This document shows positions 16,801 through 29,830 of a stretch of DNA of 64,000 nt, piece by piece. The translations under genes were made by a program, and so were the position numbers. Position 1 is the first letter of the stretch. Each line of letters opens with the position of its first letter. The notes below the pieces were generated by a model. It did not search any database. It saw only the letters and a program-made list of their open reading frames with translations, and was not told the DNA's origin. Origin of the DNA: Mobula hypostoma (taxonomy: Eukaryota); assembly GCF_963921235.1 (NCBI RefSeq), contig NC_086108.1:12896001-12960000 (forward strand), written 5' to 3'.

Positions 16801-17587
16801 TATATCTTTCCTGGGAATGACAACATTAATCCCCACTATCACCATTGGCTATGACAACATGAATCCCGACTATCAGCATTGGCTATGACAACATTAAACC
16901 CCACTAGCACCCCTGGCTGTGTCAATATTAATCCCCACCATTACACCTGGGTATGACAACATTTATCCGTAATATAACCATGGTCTATGACCACATTCAT
17001 CCCCAATATCACCCCTGATATGACATCATAAAACCCCACTATCACACTTGCCTATGACAATATTAATCTCCACCATCACCCCTGGCTATGGCAACATTAT
17101 ACCCTACTATCACCATTGGCTACGACAACGTTAATCCCCAGTATCACCACTGGCTATGACAATATTAATGCTCACTATCACTCCTGCTATGACAACATTA
17201 ATCCCCACTATCACCCCTGACTATGACAACATTAATCCCCACGATCACTGCTGCTATGACAACATTATTCCCCACTATCACCAGTGGCTATGACAACATT
17301 AATCCCCATTTTCTCCATTGGCTATGACAACTGTAATCCCCACTATCACCCTGGCTATGGCAATGTTAATCCCCGCTATCACCTCTGGCTATGTCAACAT
17401 TAATCCCCACTATCACCATTGGCTATGACAACATTAATCCCAAAATTACCCCTGCTATGACAACATTAAACCCCACTATCACCACTGGCAATGACAACAT
17501 TAATCCCCACCATCACACTTGGCTATGACAACATTAATTCCCATGATCACCCCTGCTATGACAACATTAATCCCCACTATCACCCTT
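13821..17587. repeat. Two near-identical tandem copies of a 1.88-kb higher-order repeat (about 56 monomers)
   Basis: G(G/A)CTATTTGAAAATT marker at 13821, 15703 and 17588 (spacings 1882 and 1885). Twin ORFs 14229..14537 and 16111..16422 differ in length by one 3-bp deletion. The rare GATAATGAC insertion monomer is present in both copies. Confidence 0.9.
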
Positions 17588-20500
17588 GACTATTTGAAAA
17601 TTAATCCCCAATATCACCGCTGGCTGTGACAACATTAATCCGCACGATCACCATTGGCTATGACAATATTAATCCCCACTATCACCCCAGGCTATGACAA
17701 CATTAATCCCCACTATCACCCCTGCTATGACAATATTAATCCCCATTATCACCCCTGATATGACAACATTAATCCCCAGTATCACCCCTGGCTATGGCAA
17801 TATTAATCCCCATTTTCACCATTGGCTATGACAACAGTAATCCCACGATCACCCCTGCGATGAGAACATTAATCCCCACTATCACGCCTGTCTAGGACAA
17901 TATTAATCTCCACCATCACCGGTTGCTATGACAACATTAATCCCCACTGTCACCATTGGCTGTGACCACATTAATCCCCAATATCACCCCTGGCTTTGAC
18001 AACATTAATCCCCACTATCAAAATTGGCTTTGACAACATTACTCCCCACTATCACCCTGCTATGACAACATTAATTCCCACTATCACCTGTGGCTATGAT
18101 AACATTCATCCCGCTATTACCACTGGCTATGACAACATTAATCCCCACCATCACCATTGGCTATGACAACACTAATCTCTAATATCACGCTTGCTATGTC
18201 AACATGAAACCCCTCTATCACACTTTGCGATGCCAACATTAATCCCGACCATCACACCTGGCTATGACAACATTAATCCCCACTATCATCACTGGCTATG
18301 ACAACATTAATCCCCACCATCACCCCTGGCTATGACAACATTATTCCCCACTATCAGCTTTGGCTATGACTACATTAGTCCCCACTATCACCCCAGGCTA
18401 TGACAACATTAATCCCCACTATCTCCCCTGCTTTGACAACATTCATCCTCACGATCACCATTGGCTATGACAATATTAATCCCCACCATCACCCCTGGGT
18501 ATGACAACATTAATCCCCAATATCATCCCTGCTATGACAACATTAATCCCCACTATCACACTTGGCTATGAAAACAATAATCCCCACTTTCACCATTGGC
18601 TATAACAACAGTAATCCCCACTATCACCCTGTCTATGGCAACATTAATCCCCACTATCACCCCTGATATGACAATATTAATCCCCACTATCACCCCTAGC
18701 TATGAGAACATTAATCCACCCTATCAATGTTGGCTATGACAACATTTATCCCCACCATCACCACAGGCTGTGACAACATTAATCCCCACTATCACCCCAA
18801 GCTATGAAAACATTAAACTGCAATTTCCCCCTGGATATGACAACATTGATCCCCACTATCACCATTAGCGATGACAACATTAATCCCCAATATCACCCCT
18901 GGCTATGACAACTTTAATCCCCACCATCACCCCTGGCTATGACAACATTATTCCCCACGATCAGCATTGGCTATGACTACATTAGTCCCCACTATCACCC
19001 CAGGCTATGATAACATTAATCCCCACTATCACCCCTGCTATGACAATTTTAATCCCCACTACCACTCCCGGTAGAACAACATTAATCCCCACTCTCACCC
19101 CTGCTTTGACAACATTCATCCTCACGATCACCATTGGCTATGACAATATTAATCCCCACCATCACCCCTGGGTATGACAACATTATTCCCCAATATCACC
19201 ATTGGCTATGACCACATTAATCCCCAATATCACCTCTGCTATGACAACATGAAACCCCACTATCACACTTGTCTATGACAACATTAATCCCCACTATCAC
19301 ACTGGGCTATAACAACATTAATCCCCACTATCACCACTGGCTATGACAACATTAATCCCCAATATCACGCATGCTATGACAACATTCATACCCACTATCA
19401 CGCCTGCAATGACAACATTAATTCCACTCTCACGCCTGCAATGACAACATTAACCCCCATTATCACTCTGGCAATGACACCATTAGTCCTCACTATCACC
19501 CCTGGCTATGACAACATTAATCCCCACCATCACCACAGGCTGTGACGACATTAATCCCCACTATCACCCCTAGCTATGACAATATTAAACCGCACTGTCA
19601 GCCCTGGCTATCACAACATTAATCCCCACTATCCCCCCTGGTTATGACGACATTAATCCCCACTATCACCATTGGCTATGACAACATTCATACCCACCAT
19701 CGCCTGTGGCTATGACAACATTTATCCCCAATATCACCGCTGGCTGTGACAACATTAATCTGCACTATCACCCCTGATATGACAATATTAATCCCCACTA
19801 TCACCCCTGGCTATTACAACATTAATCCACACTGTCACTGTTTGCTATGACAACATTATTCCCCACCATCACCACAGGCTGTGACAACATTAATCCCCAT
19901 TATCACCCCTAGCTATGACAACATTAAACTGCACTATCAGCCTTGGCTATCACAACATTAATCCCCACTATCACCCCTGTCTATGACAACATTAATCCCA
20001 CTATCACCATTGGCTATGACAACATTCATACCCACCATCGCCTGTGGCTATGACAACATTAATCCCCACTATCACCCCTGGCTTTGACAACATTAATCTC
20101 CACTATCACAATTGGCTATGACAACATTACTCCCCACTATCACCCCTGCTATGACAACATTAATTCCCACTATCACCTGTGGCTATGATAACATTCATCC
20201 CGCTATCACCCCTGGCTATGACAACATTACTCCCCACTATCACCATTGGCTATGATAACACTAATCCCTAATATCACCCCTGCTATGTCAACATGAAACC
20301 CCTCTATCACACTTTACGATGCCAACATTAGTCCCGACCATCACACCTGGCTATGACAACATTAACCCCCACTATCACCACTGGCTATGACAACATTAAT
20401 CCCCACCATCACCCCTGGCTATGACAACATTATTCCCCACGATCAGCATTGGCTATGACTACATTAGTCCCCACTATCACCCCAGGCTATGATAACATTA

Positions 20501-22119
20501 ATCCCCACTATCACCCCTGCTATGACAATTTTAATCCCCACTACCACTCCTGGTAAAACAACATTAATCCCCACTCTCACCCCTGCTTTGACAACATTCA
20601 TCCTCACGATCACCATTGGCTATGACAATATTAATCCCCACCATCACCCCTGGGTACGACAATATTATTCCCCACTATCACCATTGGCTATGACCACATT
20701 AATCCCCAATATCACCCCTGCTATGACAACATGAAACCCCACTATCACACTTGTCTATGACAACATTAATCCCCACTATCACACTGGGCTATAACAACAT
20801 TAATCCCCACTATCACCACTGGCTATGACAACATTAATCCCCAATATCACGCCTGCTATGACAACATTCATACCCACTATCACGCCTGCAATGGCAACAT
20901 TAATTCCCATTATCACTCTGGCAATGACACCATTAATCCTCACTATCACCATTGGCTATGACAACATTAATCCCCACCAACACCCCTGGATATCACAGAA
21001 TTCATCCCCACTATCACACCTGGCTATGACAACATTAATCCCCACTATCACCCCTGGCAATGACAACATTAATCCCCGCTATCACCATTGGCTATAACAA
21101 CATTAATCCCCACAATAACCCCTGCTATGACAATATTAACCCCTACTATCACCCCTGCTATGACAACATTAATCTCCACTATCACCAGTGGCTATGACAA
21201 CGATAATCCCCATTTTCACCATTGGCTATGACAACAATAATCCCACGATCACCCCTGCGATGACAACATTTCCCCGCACTATAACGCCTGGCTATGACAA
21301 TATTAATCCCCACCATCACACCTGGCTATGACCACATTAATCCCCAATATCACCCCTGATATGACATCATAAAAAGCCACTATCACCCTTGCCTATGACA
21401 ATACTAATCTCCACCATAACCCCTGCTATGACAACATTAATCCCCACTATCACCCCTGGCTATGACAACATTAATCCCCACTATCACCGCTGCTATGTCA
21501 ATATTAATTCCCACTATCAAAATTGGATATGAGAGCATTAATCCCACGATCACCCCTGCGATGAGAACATTAATCCGCACTATCACGCCTGGCTATGACA
21601 ATATAAAACCCCACCATCACCTGCTGCTATCACAACATCAATCCTCACTATCACCATTGGCTATGACAACATCAATCCCCACTATCACCCCTGGCTGTGA
21701 CAATATTAATCCCCAACATTACACCTGTGTATTGCAACATTTACTCGCACTATAACCATTGTCTAGAACCACATTAATCCCCAATATCAGCCCTGATATG
21801 ACATCATAAAAACCCACTATCACCCTTGCCTATGAAAATACTAATCTCCACCATCACCACTGCTATGACAACATTAATCCCCACAATCACCCCTGGCTAT
21901 GACAACATTAATCCCCATTTTCACCATTGGCTATGACAACAGCAATCCCCACTATCACCCTGGGTATGGCAACGTTAATCCCCACTATCACCTCTGGCTA
22001 TGTCAACATTAATCCCAACTATCACCATTGGCTATGACAACATTAATCCCAAAATCACCCCTGCCATGACAACATTAAACCCCACTATCACTCTTGGCTA
22101 TGAGAACATTAATCCCCAC

Positions 22120-25100
22120 AATCACCCCTGGCTATGACAACAGTAATCCCCACTATCACCCTGACTATGGCAATGTTAATCCCCACTGTCACCTCTGGCT
22201 ATGTCAACATTAATCCCCACTATCAAAATTGGATATGATAGCATTAATCCCACGATCGCCCCTGCGATGAGAACATTAATCCGCACTATCACGCCTGGCT
22301 ATGACAATATAAATCCCCACCATCACCCGCTGCTATCACAACATTAATCCCCACTGTCACCATTGGCTATGACAACATTAATCCCCACAATCACCCCTGG
22401 CTATGACAACATTTATCCTCACTATCACCATTGGCTATGACAACATTAATCCCCACTATTACCCCTGGCTAAAACAACATTAATCCCCAACATCACACCT
22501 GGCTATGACAACATTAATCCCCACTATCATCATTGGCTATGACTACATTAGTCCCCACTATCACCCCAGGCTATGATAACATTAATCCCCACTATCTCCC
22601 CTGCTTTGACAACATTCATACTCACGATCACCATTGGCTATGACATTATTAATCCCCACCATCACCCCTGGGTATGACAACATTATTCCCCACTATCAAT
22701 ATTGGCTATGACCACATTAATCCCCAATATCAACCCTGCTATGACAACATAAAACCCCACTGTCACACTTGTCTATGACAACATTAATCCCCACTATCAC
22801 ACCGGGCTATAACAATATTAATCCCCACTGTCACGACTGGCTATGACAACATCAATCCCCACTATCACCCCTGGCTGTGACAATATTAATCCCCACCATT
22901 ACCCGCTGCTATGAAAACATTAATCCCCACAGTCACCATTGGCTATGAGCACATTAATCCCCACTATCACCCTGGGCAATGACAACATTAATCCCCACTA
23001 TCACCAGTGGCTAGGACAACAATAATCCCCATTTTCACCATTGGTTATGACAACAATAATCCCACGATCACCCCTGCGATAACAACATTTCCCCGCACTA
23101 TAACACCTGGCTATGACAATATTAATCCCCACCATCACCGGTTACTATGACAACATTAATCCCCACCATCACACCTGGCTATGACAACATTAATTCGCAC
23201 TATCACCCTTGGATATTTGAAAATTAATCCTCATTATCACCACTAGCTACGACAACATTCATCCTCACTATCACCATTGGCTATGACAACATCAATCCCC
23301 ACTATCACGCCTGGCTGTGACAATATTAATCCCCAACATTACACCTGGGTATGACAAAATTTATCTGCACTATAACCATTGTCTATGACCACATTAATCC
23401 CCAATATCACCACTGATATGACATCATAAAAACCCACCATCACCCTTGCCTCTGACAATACTAATCTCCACCATCACCCCTGCTATGACAACATTAATCC
23501 CCACTATCACCCCTGGCTATGACAACATTAATCCCCACTATTGCCCCTGCTATGACAATATTAATCCACACTATCACCAGTGGCTATGACAACAATAATC
23601 CCCATTTTCACCATTGGCTATGACAACAGTAATCCCCACTATCACCCTGGCTATGGCAACGTTAATCCCCACTATCACCTCTGACTATGTCAACATTAAT
23701 CCCCACTATCAAAATTGGCTGTGAGAGCATTAATCCCACGATCACCCCTGCTATGACAACATTAATCCGCACTATCACGCCTGGCTATGACAATATAAAT
23801 CCCCACCATCACCCGCTGCTATCACAACATTAATCCCCACTGTCACCATTGGCAATGACAACATTAATCCCCACTATCTCTCCTGGCTATGACAACATTT
23901 ATCCTCACTATCACCATTGGCTATGACAACATTAATCCCCACTATTACCCCTGGCTAAAACAACATTAATCCCCAACATCACACCTGGCTATGACAACAT
24001 TAATCCCCACTATCATCATTGGCTATGACTACATTAGTCCCCACTATCACCCCAGGCTATGATAACATTAATCCCCACTATCTCCCCTGCTTTGACAACA
24101 TTCATCCTCACGATCACCATTGGCTATGACATTATTAATCCTCACCATCACCCCTGGGTATGACAACATTATTCCCCACTATCAATATTGGCTATGACCA
24201 CATTAATCCCCAATATCAACCCTGCTATGACAACATAAAACCCCACTGTCACACTTGTCTATGACAACATTAATCCCCACTATCACACCGGGCTATAACA
24301 ATATTAATCCCCACTGTCACGACTGGCTATGACAACATCAATCCCCACTATCACCCCTGGCTGTGACAATATTAATCCCCACCATTACCCGCTGCTATGA
24401 AAACATTAATCCCCACAGTCACCATTGGCTGTGAGCACATTAATCCCCACTATCACCCCGGGCAATGACAACATTAATCCCCACTATCACCAGTGGCTAG
24501 GACAACAATAATCCCCATTTTCACCATTGGTTATGACAACAATAATCCCACGATCACCCCTGCGATAACAACATTTCCCCGCACTATAACACCTGGCTAT
24601 GACAATATTAATCCCCACCATCACTGGTTACTATGACAACATTAATCCCCACCATCACACCTGGCTATGACAACATTAATTCCCACTATCACCCTTGGAT
24701 ATTTGAAAATTAATCCTCATTATCACCACTAGCTATGACAACATTCATCCTCACTATCACCATTGGCTATGACAACATCAATCCCTACTATCACCCCTGG
24801 CTGTGACAATATTAATCCCCAACATTACACCTGGGTATGACAAAATTTATCTGCACTATAACCATTGTCTATGACCACATTAATCCCCAATATCACCACT
24901 GATATGACATCATAAAAACCCACCATCACCCTTGCCTCTGACAATACTAATCTCCACCATCACCCCTGCTATGACAACATTAATCCCCACTATCACCCCT
25001 GGCTATGACAACATTAATCCCCACTATTGCCCCTGCTATGACAATATTAATCCACACTATCACCAGTGGCTATGACAACAATAATCCCCATTTTCACCAT

Positions 25101-25280
25101 TGGCTATGACAACAGTAATCCCCACTATCACCCTGGCTATGGCAACGTTAATCCCCACTATCACCTCTGACTATGTCACCATTAATCCCCACTATCAAAA
25201 TTGGCTGTGAGAGCATTAATCCCACGATCACCCCTGCTATGACAACATTAATCCGCACTATCACGCCTGGCTATGACAAT
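22120..25280. repeat. About 2.1 tandem copies of a 1486-bp higher-order repeat (about 44 monomers)
   Basis: TATCAAAATT at 22221, 23707 and 25193; GGCT-AAAAC at 22471 and 23957; ACATCATAAA at 23421 and 24907. All spacings are 1486. Confidence 0.9.
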
Positions 25281-28200
25281 ATTAATCCCCACCATCACCC
25301 ACTGCTATGACAACATTAATCCCTACTGTCACCATTGGCTGTGACCACATTAATCCCCAATACCACCCCTGCTATGACAGCATTAAACCCCACTATCACA
25401 CTTGGCTATGACCACATTAATCCCCACTATTATCCTGGCTTTGACAACATTAATCCCCACTATCACCACTGGCTATGACAACATTAATCCGCAATATCAC
25501 CCCTGCTATGACAACATTAATCCCCACAATCACCACTGCTATGACAACATTAATTCCCACAATCACCCCTGTATATGACAAAATTTATCCTCACTATCAC
25601 CATTGGCTATGACAACATTAATCCCCACTATTACCCCTGGCTAAAACAACATTAATCCCCAATATCACCACTGCTATGACAACATTAATCCCCACTATCA
25701 CCCTTGCTATGACAATATTAATCCCCAGTATCACCAATGACTATGACAACATTAATCCCCACGATCACAATTGACTATGACAACATTAATCCCCGCGATC
25801 ACCCCTGGCTATGACAACATTAATCCCCACTATCACCCCTGGCTATGACAACATTAATCCCCACTATCACCATTAGCTATGACAACATTAATCCTCACTA
25901 TCACCCCTGGCTATGACAACATTAATCCCCACTATAACACCAGCTATGACAATATTAATCCCCACTATCACCCCTGCTATGACAACATTAATCCCCACTA
26001 TCACCAGTGGCTATGACAACAATAATCCCCATTTTTCACCATTGGCTATGACAACAATAATCCCACGATCACCCCTGCGATGACAACATTTCCCCGCACT
26101 ATAACACCTGGCTATGACAATATTAATCCCCACCATCACCGGTTGCTATGACAACATGAATACCCATTGTCACCATTGGCTGTGACCACATTAATCCCCA
26201 ATATCACCCCGCGTATGACATAAAACCCACTATCACCCTTGGTTATGACAACATTGATCCCCACTATCACCCTGGCTATACAACATTAATCCCCACGATC
26301 ACCAATGTCTATGCCAACATTAATGATCACTATCACCCCTGCTATGAAAACATTAATCCGCACTATAACCCCTGGCAATGACAACATTAATCCCCGCTAT
26401 CAACATTGGCTATGACAACATTAATCTTCACTATCACTCCTGGCTAGGACAACATTAATCCCTACCATCACCCCTGACAATGACAACATTAATCCCCGCT
26501 AACACCATTGGCTATGACAACAATAATCACCCCTATCACCCCTGCTATGACAATATTAATCCCCACTATCACCCCTGCTAAAACAACATTATTCCCCACT
26601 ATCACCAGTGGCTATGACAACAATAATCTACATTTTCACCATTGGCTATAACAACAATCATCCCACGATCACCCCTGCGATGAGAACATTAATCCGCACT
26701 ACCACGCCTGGCTATGACAATATTACTCCCCATCATCACCTGTTGCTATGACAACATTAATCCCCACTCTCATCATTGCTGTGACCACATTAATCTCCAA
26801 TATCACCCGTGCGATGACAACATTAAACCCCACTATCACACTTCGCTTTGACAACATTAATACCCACTATCACCCTTACTTTGACAAAATTAATTCACAT
26901 TATCACCACTGGCTATGACAACATTAATCCACAATTTCACCCCTGCTATGACAACATTAATCCCCACTATCACCCCTGGCTATGACAACATTAATCCCCA
27001 ATATCACGCCTGGCTTTGACAACATTAATCCTCACTATTACCATTGGCTATGACAACATTAATCCCCACCATCACCCCTGCTATGACTACATTAAGCCCC
27101 ACTATCAACCCTGCTATGACAATATTCATCCCCACTATCACCCCTGGCTATGACACCGTTAATCCCCACTACCATCCCTGGCTATGGCATTAATCCTGAC
27201 TATCACGATTGGCTATGACAACATTAATCACCACTATCACTCCTGTTATGACAACATTAATCCCCACTATCACCCTTGGCTATGACAACAATAATGCCCA
27301 CTTTCACCATTGGCTATAACAACAGTAATCCCCACTATCACCCTGGCTATGGCAACATTAATCCCCAGTACCACCCCTGTCTATGATAACATTATTCCCC
27401 ACTATCACCCCTGCTATGACAACATTAATCCCCACTATCACCCCTGGCTATGACAACATTAATCCCCATTTTCACCATTGGCTATGACAACATTAATCCC
27501 ACGATCACCCCTGCGATGAGAACATTAATTCGCCTATCACGCCTGGCTATGACAATATATATCCCCACTATAACCAGTTGATATGACAACATTAATCCCC
27601 ACTGTCACCATTGGCTGGGACCACATTAATCCCCAATTTCACCCCTGGCTATGAAAACATTAATACCCAATATCACCATTGACTATGACAACATTAATCC
27701 TCACTATCACCATTGGCTATGACAACATTAGTCCACACCATCACCCCTGCTGTGACTACATTAATCCCCACTATCACCTGTGGCTATGACAACATTAATC
27801 CCCACTATCACCCCTGGCTATGACAACATTAATCCCCAATATCAACCCTGCTATGACAATATTAATCCCCAGTATCACCCCTGGCTATGACAACATTAAT
27901 CCACAATTTCACCCCTGCTATGACAACATTAATCCCCACTATCACCCCTGGCTATGACAACATTAATCCCCAATATCACGCCTGGCTTTGACAACATTAA
28001 TCCTCACTATTACCATTGGCTATGACAACATTAATCCCCACCATCACCCCTGCTATGACTACATTAAGCCCCACTATCAACCCTGCTATGACAATATTAA
28101 TCCCCAGTATCACCCCTGCTATGACAATATTCATCCCCACTATCACCCCTGGCTATGACACCGTTAATCCCCACTACCATACCTGGCTATGGCATTAATC

Positions 28201-29084
28201 CTGACTATCACGATTGGCTATGACAACATTAATCCCCACTATCACCCCTGGCTATGACAACATTAATCCCCATTTTCACCATTGGCTATGACAACATTAA
28301 TCCCACGATCACCCCTGCGATGAGAACATTAATTCGCCTATCACGCCTGGCTATGACAATATATATCCCCACTATAACCAGTTGATATGACAACATTAAT
28401 CCCCACTGTCACCATTGGCTGGGACCACATTAATCCCCAATTTCACCCCTGGCTATGACAACATTAATACCCAATATCACCACTGACTATGACAACATTA
28501 ATCCTCACTATCACCATTGGCTATGACAACATTAGTCCACACCATCACCCCTGCTGTGACTACATTAATCCCCACTATCACCTGTGGCTATGACAACATT
28601 AATTCCCACTATCACCCCTGGCTATGACAACATTAATCCCCGCTATCAACATTGGCTATGACAACATTAATCCCCACCATCACCCCTGCTATGACTACAT
28701 TAATCCCCACTATCAACCCTGCTATGACAATATTAATCCCCAGTATCACCCCTGCTATGACAATATTCATCCCCACTATCACCCCTGGCTATGACACCGT
28801 TAATCCCCACTACCATCCCTGGCTATGGCATTAATCCTGACTATCACGATTGGCTATGACAACATTAATCACCACTATCACTCCTGTTATGACAACATTA
28901 ATCCCCACTATCACCCTTGGCTATGACAACAATAATCCCCACTTTCACCATTGGCTATAACAACAGTAATCCCCACTATCACCCTGGCTATGGCAACATT
29001 AATCCCCAGTATCACCCCTGTCTATGACAACATTATTCCCCACTATCACCCCTGCTGTGACAACATTAATCTCCACTATCACCC

Positions 29085-29830
29085 CTGGCTATGACAACAT
29101 TAATCCCCATTTTCACCATTGGCTATGACAACATTAATCCCACGATCACCCCTGCGATGAGAACATTAATTCGCACTATCACGCCTGGCTATGACAATAT
29201 CTATCCCCACTATAACCAGTTGATATGACAACATTAATCCCCACTGTCACCATTGGCTGGGACCACATTAATCCCCAATTTCACCCCTGGCTATGACAAA
29301 ATTAATACCCAATATCACCACTGACTATGACAACATTAATCCTCACTATCACCATTGGCTATGACAACATTAGTCCACACCATCACCCCTGCTGTGACTA
29401 CATTAATCCCCACTATCACCAGTGGCTATGACAACATTAATCCCTACTATCACCCCTGGCTGTGACAATATTAATCCCCATTTTCACCATTGGCTATGAC
29501 AACATTAATCCCACGATCACCCCTGCGATGAGAACATTAATTTGCACTATCACGCCTGGCTATGACAATATCTATCCCCACTATAACCAGTTGATATGAC
29601 AACATTAATCCCCACTGTCACCATTGGCTGGGACCACATTAATCCCCAATTTCACCCCTGGCTATGACAAAATTAATACCCAATATCACCACTGACTATG
29701 ACAACATTAATCCTCACTATCACCATTGGCTATGACAACATTAGTCCACACCATCACCCCTGCTGTGACTACATTAATCCCCACTATCACCTGTGGCTAT
29801 GACAACATTAATCCCCACTATCACCCCTGG
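29085..29830. repeat. Tandem duplication of 371 bp (11 monomers)
   Basis: GGCTGGGACCAC at 29255 and 29626, with the flanking variants (ATATCTATCCCC, ATAACCAGTTGATATG) repeated in the same order. Confidence 0.85.
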
